Shown here piece after piece: positions 27,332 through 34,831 of a stretch of DNA of 35,851 nucleotides. The notes beneath the pieces were generated by a model that saw only the letters and a program-made list of their open reading frames with translations, did no database searches and was not told the DNA's origin. Source of the DNA: a virus; UHGV virus genome UHGV-0135983. One strand, written 5' to 3'. Within the stretch, counting starts at the first letter, position 1, and each line of letters opens with the position of its first letter. Position numbers and translations under genes: made by a program.

Positions 27332-28317
27332 AAAGCGCCCTCCCTGGTCTTACGCAATGTCTCTGGTTTCATCAGATAGTCAAAGCTGGCGCGCCATCCG
27401 CCATTTTCACCAAAGTAAAAATCGGAGGCGTCAGCGCGGAATTTTTCGAAATAGCCCAGAAATGCGCCCGTGGTTTTGTTTTTCATATGGGCGGCCAGAC
27501 GGGTGATCATCCGGCGGCGGTCTGTGTCCAGTTCAGCAGCAGGCAGAACGTCAGCAAAAATTTCGTTGTAGCCGTTCATAACGGCTTCCGGATCAATATC
27601 GGTTTCGGTCACCGCCCATGCTTCAGCGTCAGCGAGATAACCATCAAAGCGGTTTACCCGGCAGATGTTCGCTGGCTTCGGCAGGCTATCGCCACGGCGG
27701 CGCCATGTGGCCAGCACCCAGCGGATAACTAACTGCAATTCGTCCAGGGTGTACCCTTCCCGGGTGGTGGTCGGCGTCAGCATCATCACAAACGGTTTCA
27801 GGTCACGGCAGCGGGTACCGGTTTGCTCGTTGTAAAATTCCAGCGCTTTTTTAGCATCAGAATTAATTTTTTCATCGCCTTCCCCCGTCTGGGGGTTAGG
27901 GGGATCTTTAGGTTCTATGACTGGTTCAAAAGAGTGACTGGTTCTGGTGCCGCCACACGGCATAGGGGCTATGCTTTTTGGCGGCATACCTGTGCTTTCT
28001 GACGGCATAGGGGCTATGCTTTTTGGCGGCATAGGGTTATCAAGTTTCATACAGTACAAATTCGACGCGTTACCCTTCCCGTTTTTTACGCCCGGGCGAT
28101 TTTCTTTCACCAGCAGGCCCATGGAAATTAACGCATCGATATGGTCACGCACCGCGCTTTTGCTGCACTCGCAGTGATCCGCAATATGTTTGTAAGACGG
28201 CCAGCATTCGCCGTAATCATTGGCGTTATCAGCCAGTTTGATCAGCACCAGTTTTCGAATCGGGTTTCCGGTCTTGATTGCCATTGCTTTGGCCATAAGC
28301 GTCATACTCATAGTCAA
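27328..28317 (-). CDS. replication initiation protein (HTH N-terminus, lambda O-like role)
   Basis: 329 aa; N-terminal HTH-like region; internal peptide repeat PMPPKSIAPMP x2 coinciding with DNA iterons; conserved phage replication C-terminal region. Confidence 0.7.
   Translation of the reverse strand: MTMSMTLMAKAMAIKTGNPIRKLVLIKLADNANDYGECWPSYKHIADHCECSKSAVRDHIDALISMGLLVKENRPGVKNGKGNASNLYCMKLDNPMPPKSIAPMPSESTGMPPKSIAPMPCGGTRTSHSFEPVIEPKDPPNPQTGEGDEKINSDAKKALEFYNEQTGTRCRDLKPFVMMLTPTTTREGYTLDELQLVIRWVLATWRRRGDSLPKPANICRVNRFDGYLADAEAWAVTETDIDPEAVMNGYNEIFADVLPAAELDTDRRRMITRLAAHMKNKTTGAFLGYFEKFRADASDFYFGENGGWRASFDYLMKPETLRKTREGAL
27958..28037. repeat. iteron-like direct repeats inside the initiator gene (candidate ori)
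   Basis: CGGCATA core at 27958, 27982, 28003, 28027 (21-24 bp spacing); two ~31-bp units CGGCATAGGGGCTATGCTTTTTGGCGGCATA. Confidence 0.6.
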
Positions 28318-28535
28318 ATCCCCAGCGAGTCAGCCAACTGACGGCAGGCGATTTCGTATTCTTTCTGGGTGAGTCCCGCTTCCTGCAGGTCTGCCTTGCG
28401 CAGTTCATAGCGTTCCCAGATTGTCAGCGCAGTAGCGCGACGCTCTTCGAAAATCGATTCGATATCTTCCATCGGGACTTGTACCCCGTTCCGGCGAAAC
28501 CCATTCCGCCAGGTGATGCGGTCTTGTGTTCTCAT
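28314..28535 (-). CDS. hypothetical small protein
   Basis: 73 aa from MRTQDRITWRNGF; ATG directly preceded by CCGAGGAAAGACCA; the longer 162-aa ORF to 28802 would overlap the YdaT-like gene. Confidence 0.5.
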   Translation of the reverse strand: MRTQDRITWRNGFRRNGVQVPMEDIESIFEERRATALTIWERYELRKADLQEAGLTQKEYEIACRQLADSLGI

Positions 28536-28555
28536 TGGTCTTTCCTCGGTACAGG

Positions 28556-29002
28556 TTAAACGCTGGTCAGGCGCTGTGTTTCTCGCATAGCTTGCAATGC
28601 TCTGGCGACTTGCTGCGGCCCGTCTCTGGCGTCGAGTAACAACGCGATAATCGCCGCTGCAAACTCGCGAATGGCCACACAAATTAAATACTGGGTGGAC
28701 ATACCCAAGCGCGCGTAACGTTCTGCCGGCAGCGCCGCTTCCATCGCTTTGACCAGCGCCAGAGTTTTGGCTCTCGCGGCTTTGGTCTCGCCTCGCAACC
28801 AACGAAAAATTTGTTGGCGGTTATTGTTGATTGCCCGCCAGTCGGCGTTTCCATCTGCATCTTCGATCTGGTGCAGCTTCAGCGAACCGGTATTACCACC
28901 AAGACGAAACCACATGCGGCTTATCTCGATAGCAACCAGCTCCTGCCCGCTTTCCGCTGCCCAGTTAAAGATCTCTCGTTTAAGTTCTTCGAGGTATTCC
29001 AC
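28556..29002 (-). CDS. YdaT-like protein (CII-position regulator of Rac-type switch)
   Basis: 148 aa; QQIFRWLRGETKAARAK and overall pattern resemble Rac YdaT as recalled; follows the Cro-like gene. Confidence 0.6.
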   Translation of the reverse strand: MEYLEELKREIFNWAAESGQELVAIEISRMWFRLGGNTGSLKLHQIEDADGNADWRAINNNRQQIFRWLRGETKAARAKTLALVKAMEAALPAERYARLGMSTQYLICVAIREFAAAIIALLLDARDGPQQVARALQAMRETQRLTSV

Positions 29003-29064
29003 TTCGAGCGTCTCCTGTCGCTGAAAATTGATTAAGCGTAATCAGATTTCGATAACGCCTGTAG

Positions 29065-29262
29065 TTATGCTTTAGACGTGTTTTGCTCTTCGTAAAAAGT
29101 AGGGTCGTATTTCAAGGCGCCTGCAGTTACATGCTCAAGTCGCGCAGCTCGCTTTTCAGGAACAACAGCACCCCAGCGGGTTACAGCGACTTGAGAGATA
29201 CCTAATGCACGCGCAACAGCGGTTTTAGTTCCAAAAAATCTGATAACAGTTTCGGTCTTCAT
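29065..29262 (-). CDS. Cro/YdaS-like HTH regulator
   Basis: 65 aa; HTH AVARALGISQVAVTRW; AGGAG RBS; divergent from repressor gene. Confidence 0.7.
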   Translation of the reverse strand: MKTETVIRFFGTKTAVARALGISQVAVTRWGAVVPEKRAARLEHVTAGALKYDPTFYEEQNTSKA

Positions 29263-29330
29263 AGTTTCCTCTCCTAACGTCAGTTAGGAACATAAATACT
29301 AACGAAAGTTATGTCAAGTTAACTTATATT
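29263..29330. promoter_or_regulatory. immunity switch region: operator palindromes and divergent promoters
   Basis: Palindromes TAACGTCAGTTA (29276..29287), TAACGAAAGTTA (29300..29311), AAGTTAACTT (29316..29325); - strand TTGACA (29312..29317) 17 nt from TATGTT (29289..29294); + strand TATATT (29325..29330) just before the repressor start. Confidence 0.6.
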
Positions 29331-29744
29331 ATGGACATGAAAAAATTGACCTTTAACGATCGCATTACATCGAGACGGAAAGAGCTTGGCTTAACCCAAC
29401 AGCAGCTCGCCGATGCCGTTGGCATATCTGGCGTAAGCGTCTACAAGTGGGAAGCAGGTATTAACACCCCAAAAGGGCAAAATCTGTTTTCTCTCGCTGA
29501 GGCTCTTCGTTGCTCTCCGACATGGTTACTTAACGGAACCGATAGCGATGAACCGTTGAAGGCGGAAGACCTTTTACCTCGGTTAGATGATCGCCAAAAG
29601 CTATTGCTTGATCTTTTTGACTCCCTACCTGAATCAGAAAAAGATAGACACATCAATGAGTTGAAAGATAAAGTTGACGGATTCCAGCGATTGTTTGATG
29701 AGTTACTTTTGGTAAAAAAGAAAAAAAACACTCCAAAAAAATAA
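29331..29744 (+). CDS. CI/RacR-like repressor (HTH_XRE, no S24 peptidase domain)
   Basis: 137 aa; HTH LGLTQQQLADAVGISGVSVYKWEAG; possibly leaderless from the ATG at 29337. Confidence 0.75.
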   Translation: MDMKKLTFNDRITSRRKELGLTQQQLADAVGISGVSVYKWEAGINTPKGQNLFSLAEALRCSPTWLLNGTDSDEPLKAEDLLPRLDDRQKLLLDLFDSLPESEKDRHINELKDKVDGFQRLFDELLLVKKKKNTPKK

Positions 29745-29750
29745 ATTAAA

Positions 29751-29780
29751 GGCAATGTTTTCAATGCATTGCCTTTTTTT
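29751..29780 (+). terminator. intrinsic terminator after repressor gene
   Basis: GGCAATG...CATTGCC hairpin followed by TTTTTTT. Confidence 0.6.
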
Positions 29781-29793
29781 ACACCTCAAATAT

Positions 29794-29844
29794 TAACTTT
29801 TGTTAGTAAAAAATATTGCCAATAAAAATACCTTTGGTTATGCT
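29794..29844 (+). promoter_or_regulatory. operator-like palindrome plus sigma70-like promoter
   Basis: TAACTTTTGTTA (29794..29805) matches the TAAC-N4-GTTA pattern; TTGCCA (29816..29821), 17-nt spacer, TATGCT (29839..29844). Confidence 0.45.
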
Positions 29845-29926
29845 TCATCACATCAACGACGCACTAACCACGCGGCAGTTGTTCAGAAACGTTCCGCCGA
29901 CCCGGCGTTAAGGGGGAGGAGAAGTG

Positions 29927-30145
29927 ATGGAAAACGCTGTATTAGGTGCCGTCGGACCAACGCTGAATGTGTTGCTGGATGCACTGAAAGAAGAGAAAGG
30001 AGCCGCCAACGTCGAGGACGTCAAAGCGGTCATCCAGGTTATCAGTGAAGTTGTAGGCAAGTGCGATGGTGATCTGGCTACTGGTTACGCGGTTTGGGAT
30101 GAACTGCTGAATGCGGTGTTACGACATATTTCGACAAAGGGTTAA
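29927..30145 (+). CDS. hypothetical small acidic protein
   Basis: 72 aa; GGGGGAGGA RBS 6 nt upstream of ATG. Confidence 0.5.
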   Translation: MENAVLGAVGPTLNVLLDALKEEKGAANVEDVKAVIQVISEVVGKCDGDLATGYAVWDELLNAVLRHISTKG

Positions 30146-30320
30146 GGCTAATACCCTCTGGTGGGTATAACTCTCGATTGATTCTCACGACTGCTGACAT
30201 GAAATCTACACGGTTATCAATCGGCATCGTAGACAAAATTACTGTCAATAATACCTGGTGTGCTTTCAGCTCTTCTCTGACTGCAGCTAGCTCAGATTTA
30301 AGTTGTTCAAGTTCCGACAT
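30078..30320 (-). CDS. hypothetical small protein (antisense/convergent to 29927..30145)
   Basis: 81 aa from MSELEQLKSELAAVREEL, AAGGGA RBS; 3' end overlaps the + strand gene by 68 nt; uncertain which is expressed. Confidence 0.35.
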   Translation of the reverse strand: MSELEQLKSELAAVREELKAHQVLLTVILSTMPIDNRVDFMSAVVRINRELYPPEGISLNPLSKYVVTPHSAVHPKPRNQ

Positions 30321-30426
30321 TTGTAATCCCTTTTGCTGTTGTTGGAATGGCAAAGGTAGCACGACCGGGCGTGTTGAAAAATCCCGGAACTGAATTCTTC
30401 GGGTCGCCGACAGTACGATGACATGC

Positions 30427-30769
30427 GGGAAAGACCGCAACGAACATCCATTGCTGTGTGTAGTCTTGGCCGGGCGCCCCGGGCATTTTTTTAACACAGT
30501 AACGATTTATGCGACCCTTCAGTGAAAACTGAAGCCCTCGAAAAGAGGGACCCCGTGAGGAAAGACCAGTGAGCCTGACCAGCTCTGGCGCCGGGAAAGA
30601 CCGGGAGGAAAGACCAATGACCTACGGGCATGACCAGCCCTGACAGCCGGGAAAGACCGGCAACCTTTAGATGGCAAAAGGCCCGCACAAGGCGGGCCAG
30701 TTACCCCGAACGGTGACCAAACCATTCGGACTTATCACAAGCGACCAAGCTTGTGATGAGGAAAGACCA
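30427..30769 (+). repeat. cluster of six GGAAAGACC motifs in apparently non-coding DNA
   Basis: GAGGAAAGACCA at 30557, 30605, 30758 (each followed by GTG/ATG and a short in-frame ORF); GGGAAAGACC at 30427, 30593, 30649; 22-bp inverted repeat TCACAAGC-N6-GCTTGTGA at 30735..30756. Confidence 0.6.
30463..30490 (+). terminator. putative intrinsic terminator
   Basis: GC-rich hairpin CCGGGCGCCCCGGG followed by T7 run. Confidence 0.5.
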
Positions 30770-30824
30770 ATGCCGACAGAGTCAACACTGATCGGCTCTG
30801 AGTATACATCAACAAGGAGTCGCT

Positions 30825-31148
30825 ATGGAAGCGCTTACCATCCCCGTGAAGCTGTACATTCACTACATCACCAACACTTTCTCATCCGATAAATATCACG
30901 TTTCAATCTGTGACATGTCACGGAACCACCCGGACATTTATGTGCTGCTGGAAACGCGTGATATCACCATCGATATAAACCAGCCGGAACCCTTCGACCT
31001 TATAGCCTTGCAGGTTGACCAGCTGCGCAGCCAGAAAGAAAACCTTGCTGCCGACGCTCAACGCCAGATCGCCGCGGTCGATGACAAAATTCAGCAGCTG
31101 CTTTGCATCGATCATTCTCAGATTGAAGAAAGTGATATTCCCTTCTGA
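30825..31148 (+). CDS. hypothetical protein (first gene of recombination operon)
   Basis: 107 aa; AAGGAG RBS 6 nt upstream. Confidence 0.5.
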   Translation: MEALTIPVKLYIHYITNTFSSDKYHVSICDMSRNHPDIYVLLETRDITIDINQPEPFDLIALQVDQLRSQKENLAADAQRQIAAVDDKIQQLLCIDHSQIEESDIPF

Positions 31149-31155
31149 GGCGCTT

Positions 31156-31401
31156 ATGAAGAAAAATCCAGTTATCGAAAAAGTTATGGCTTCCGGCCTG
31201 TCTGTATTCGAGCATGAAAATAATAGCGACTTTGGTTCAGGAACTATGCATATCACTATTATCGGTGGTGTCCGACGCGTCGAATTCTATCCAACGACAG
31301 GCACAGTCTATGCCAATGCCGAGAAGGGAAAGTTTCCTGCATTCCGACAGAAAAAAGCCGGTATCGAAGTTGCAATCCGTCTCGCTAAATCCGGCGCCTG
31401 A
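31156..31401 (+). CDS. hypothetical small protein
   Basis: 81 aa from MKKNPVIEKV; GAGG RBS; longer ORF from 31015 overlaps upstream gene. Confidence 0.45.
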   Translation: MKKNPVIEKVMASGLSVFEHENNSDFGSGTMHITIIGGVRRVEFYPTTGTVYANAEKGKFPAFRQKKAGIEVAIRLAKSGA

Positions 31402-31430
31402 CCTGCGCCAGTAACTAAGAGGAAAGACCA

Positions 31431-33650
31431 ATGACCATCTACAACGGCTTATTTGAGCCAAAGAAATCGGCGATTAAAGACTGCGGCGCCGTGCAGCTGG
31501 CGATCGCCATCGATGCGCCAAACAAAAAAGTGGCCGAAAGCATTATGACCGGCAAACTCTGGGAATCATACCCGGCCAATGGTGACAACTATTTCAAACC
31601 GAAACTGTGGGAACACGTTGAAGGCCAGCCGCTGCCGACCGTTGGCCAGTTCGATGAGTCATTCGCCCAGCAGCATACTTTTGACGGTGAAAAATGGGTT
31701 TCTACTGCGCAGGATAGCGCTTCCGGAAGCAGTGCAGGTTTACCTGCCGACGATGAAGTGATCGACCTGATGACCGTTTCCGCAGAGGAACGCTTTGCTG
31801 CCGTCCTGCTTTTTAGCACCGCTGCGATTGATGGCCATCTTTATTCTCAGGTTGTGGATTATCTGGATAACCTGAAAAACCACGATGGCGAATTTGAAGA
31901 GGAAGATCGCTTTAACTTTAATGTGCTGTGCGCCCTACAAAATAACTTCCCGGTTCAAAGCATGCATGTGGAAGGTCTGAATAACCTTGTTCAGGGGATT
32001 TTCTCCCACTTTGAAAACCAGACGCCAGGCAAAGCGGCTATCTCTCAGTTCGTTAAACGCTGGCTTGAGAATCCGGGCAAGCGCGACGAACTGGCCCCCG
32101 GCGTATATAAAAATACCGCTCTCAGCACCAGCACCAGCACCAGCACCGATGATAAAACACCCGTGGTAATTTCTAAGCGGGGTTATAAACACACATATGC
32201 AACGCTGGATCAGGAGATCGCTACCGCCCTTCTCCCGCTGGCGCCTGATGCGCCGGTACTATCCGGAAACCTTCTGGACGCTAAGAAGATGATTGCCGAT
32301 GACCGGGAAGATTTTAAACGCTGGTCTGCATCGCTGCACACCACTCCGCAGATACTCAAATATGACCGCGCCAGCATCTTCGGTGTAGTGCAGAACGTAC
32401 CGGCGAAAGATACCTACCATTTCCCTGACAGCCTGCGCCGCCATATCGATTCATGGCTGGAGGCCAACGGCCGCTTTGAAGAAACCGATACAGGATCCGT
32501 TAAACAGACAGAGGCAACGCAAAATATCGCCTCAAACGTGGGCGAAAAAGCGGAAGTGCCGCAGACGGTTGTAACCGATAACCAAGCGAAACAGGCGCGT
32601 GAGGCGCTCAACGATATGGGCTATGGCGTATATGCATCTGGTGAAGGTGCGGAACCGGAAGATAAGTTAAGCGTTAAGGCTGAGAAAATAGCAGATGAAG
32701 CTGCTCGTTTGTCTCGTGATATTAACCTCAAAGATCGCATGCCAGATGCCGGAGATTTGATTCCAGCAATTCAACCAAATGAAAATATAGCCTCAAAAAA
32801 AATTGAATCATATCTATCTGAATTGAATGACGACCAGGCCAAAGCAAACCTTAGCGTCTGGAATCGCGTCCAGCGCACAGATCCGGCCTTCGTCGAAAAG
32901 AACAGTTTCGGCGCAGGGCTTCACTCAATCCGGGCGCAGTACATGCTGATGCGCGCAACGGAAGTTCTCGGAATGGAAGGAACCGGTTGGGGCGTTGATA
33001 TCAAAGAAGAGCGCATAGATCGAGGTGTGCCGCTTATGGAGCCAATACAGGACCAATCAGGAAAAATAATTGGCCAGAAACCGGTAAGGGACGGGGATGG
33101 CTCATTATTCTGTTTATCCGTACATACAATTCGGATTGAACTCTGGTACCTGCGAGACGGAAAGAAGGGGCGCATTCCGGCCTATGGACATACGGATTAC
33201 ATCACCAAGGGTGGTGATGGTGCATTAAAAATGGAGAAAGAAGCCGCCAAAAAATCACTGACTGACGCTACAACCAAAGCACTATCCCATCTCGGATTTG
33301 GTGCAGACGTGTACATGAACATGCATAACGACAACGAATACACTTCAAAATTGAATGAGATATTCGAAATCAAAAAAGCCAGCGAAAGCATAGAAGATAT
33401 AGTGCGACTTCGTCAGGAATTAGACGACGATCTTACCTCCGTTGCTGAAACCCTATCTACTGGCGTGACTGTTAACGAAGTTGAAAAGGTTTTTGGCACG
33501 ATAGCCCGAAAACTCGAAGTTCACCGCAAGGATGCAGAATCAAAAGGCGATACACAGCGCTCTCGGTACCTCAGTGGCCGGTTGCGCCGCCTGACTGAAA
33601 TCAAAAATGGACGTCTCGCCGAACTAAATAAATCCGAGGAGAAAGCATAA
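31431..33650 (+). CDS. Erf-family single-strand annealing protein with ~480-aa N-terminal extension
   Basis: 739 aa; C-terminal region has Erf-like blocks NSFGAGLHSIRAQYM and KALSHLGFGADVY (cf. P22 Erf NSFGKYKYR / LNGLFGIDD); start preceded by GAGGAAAGACCA; (AGCACC)x4 encodes an STSTSTST linker. Confidence 0.6.
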   Translation: MTIYNGLFEPKKSAIKDCGAVQLAIAIDAPNKKVAESIMTGKLWESYPANGDNYFKPKLWEHVEGQPLPTVGQFDESFAQQHTFDGEKWVSTAQDSASGSSAGLPADDEVIDLMTVSAEERFAAVLLFSTAAIDGHLYSQVVDYLDNLKNHDGEFEEEDRFNFNVLCALQNNFPVQSMHVEGLNNLVQGIFSHFENQTPGKAAISQFVKRWLENPGKRDELAPGVYKNTALSTSTSTSTDDKTPVVISKRGYKHTYATLDQEIATALLPLAPDAPVLSGNLLDAKKMIADDREDFKRWSASLHTTPQILKYDRASIFGVVQNVPAKDTYHFPDSLRRHIDSWLEANGRFEETDTGSVKQTEATQNIASNVGEKAEVPQTVVTDNQAKQAREALNDMGYGVYASGEGAEPEDKLSVKAEKIADEAARLSRDINLKDRMPDAGDLIPAIQPNENIASKKIESYLSELNDDQAKANLSVWNRVQRTDPAFVEKNSFGAGLHSIRAQYMLMRATEVLGMEGTGWGVDIKEERIDRGVPLMEPIQDQSGKIIGQKPVRDGDGSLFCLSVHTIRIELWYLRDGKKGRIPAYGHTDYITKGGDGALKMEKEAAKKSLTDATTKALSHLGFGADVYMNMHNDNEYTSKLNEIFEIKKASESIEDIVRLRQELDDDLTSVAETLSTGVTVNEVEKVFGTIARKLEVHRKDAESKGDTQRSRYLSGRLRRLTEIKNGRLAELNKSEEKA

Positions 33651-34210
33651 TGACTTCCACTACTGCTATTGCCATCGCCGCGGACTATCAGAACCTGCTG
33701 CAACTGCTGGAAAGCTCTGATGACCTGACTCCGGAAATGATCGCCGATACCCTCGAAGGCATGGAAGGAGAGCTAGCCGATAAACTGGATTCCATCATGG
33801 TTATCGCACGTAATAACCTCGGCAATGCCAGCACCTGCGATGATGAAATAAAACGCTTGGCCGAACGTAAGAAGTTCTTTGAGAATAAGGATAAGGCTCT
33901 GCGTAAGTATATTCTCTCCTGCCTGATGGCGGCCGGGCTGGATAAGCTGAAAACGGCAAAAAACACTTTCACTGCTCGCAAAGGTAGCGTAAGCGTTGTG
34001 ATTGATAATACCGATCTTCTTCCCGATGAACTGGTGACTACCCAGGTTGTTATCGCGCCCGATAAAAAGGCCATCAAGGAAGCGATTGAATCAGCACAGG
34101 CAGCAGCGGCCCAGATTACCGCTGACGGCGGAGAGATACCGGAAGAACTGTTAAACCCAGTGCCGGGCGCTCACCTTGAGATTGGCGAACGTTCATTACA
34201 GGTGCGCTGA
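33650..34210 (+). CDS. Gam-like / Sipho_Gp157-like protein (putative host-nuclease inhibitor)
   Basis: 186 aa; helical N-terminus, central LKTAKNTFTARKGSVSVVID resembles Mu Gam-type pattern; start overlaps Erf-like stop. Confidence 0.45.
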   Translation: MTSTTAIAIAADYQNLLQLLESSDDLTPEMIADTLEGMEGELADKLDSIMVIARNNLGNASTCDDEIKRLAERKKFFENKDKALRKYILSCLMAAGLDKLKTAKNTFTARKGSVSVVIDNTDLLPDELVTTQVVIAPDKKAIKEAIESAQAAAAQITADGGEIPEELLNPVPGAHLEIGERSLQVR

Positions 34211-34211
34211 T

Positions 34212-34397
34212 ATGCTCAAAATCACCCTGAAGCGAGGGGATGCCATTCACGTTATTTTTCCTGATGGCACCAAAGGTAAGATCGAAGCCTGCGCACGTTG
34301 CGAGTTTGACTTTAATTTTCCCTATAGCGTGAAAATCACCAGAGAAAATGGCGCGCTACGGAATAAACCAAACCTGATTAAGCCTAATCAGAAATAA
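34212..34397 (+). CDS. hypothetical small protein
   Basis: 61 aa from MLKITLKRGD. Confidence 0.4.
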   Translation: MLKITLKRGDAIHVIFPDGTKGKIEACARCEFDFNFPYSVKITRENGALRNKPNLIKPNQK

Positions 34398-34446
34398 AAA
34401 CCAACCATCGCTAGCATAGCTGCCCCTTTTGAAAACGGAGAACGCT

Positions 34447-34641
34447 ATGCTGCGATGGCAACCGGGAGCTGTATTGCTCTCAGATTTCGATATCAAGATT
34501 GGCCGGTTATCCGCCAGCGTACGAAAGAAGACCCTGACCAGGACTGAAATCGAACGCGCATGCGAAGAAGCTGATAACGCGATCGCCGGCATGATGAGGA
34601 AAGACCATGGTCAGAAAAAACGACCTTCTCACCGACGCTGA
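34447..34641 (+). CDS. hypothetical small basic protein
   Basis: 64 aa from MLRWQPGAV; ACGGAG RBS; overlaps next gene start. Confidence 0.3.
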   Translation: MLRWQPGAVLLSDFDIKIGRLSASVRKKTLTRTEIERACEEADNAIAGMMRKDHGQKKRPSHRR

Positions 34642-34831
34642 GATGATTGAATTTACAGGTTGTAAACAACCAATCAAACAAAAAGAGGTTCTAGATCGTG
34701 GAGGTGTCTCATACATACAGGATAGAGAGGGGCGCCCTATGGTTACCTGGACGCATATTAATGCAGTTCTGAATGGACAAATAACCATCCAATTAGGCAG
34801 CGAAGAAAAACCAAATTTTGAGGCGATATAG
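34607..34831 (+). CDS. DUF4224-like small protein immediately upstream of integrase (putative excisionase)
   Basis: 74 aa; LLTDAEMIEFTGCKQPIKQKEVLDRGG pattern; start preceded by GAGGAAAGACC. Confidence 0.5.
   Translation: MVRKNDLLTDAEMIEFTGCKQPIKQKEVLDRGGVSYIQDREGRPMVTWTHINAVLNGQITIQLGSEEKPNFEAI

Noticed and set aside
28314-28802. 162-aa version of the small - strand ORF
   Set aside because: The N-terminal 89 codons overlap the YdaT-like gene in another frame; the internal ATG at 28535 has the conserved GAGGAAAGACCA context, so the short 73-aa gene is preferred.
30550-30780. CRISPR-like array
   Set aside because: Repeats are 9-12 bp, irregularly spaced, without unique spacers of uniform length and with no cas genes; not a CRISPR array.
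30671-30892. 73-aa + strand ORF in the repeat cluster
   Set aside because: No RBS at its ATG; it is the read-through frame of the pseudo start sites and overlaps the well-supported 30825 gene; treated as part of the non-coding region.
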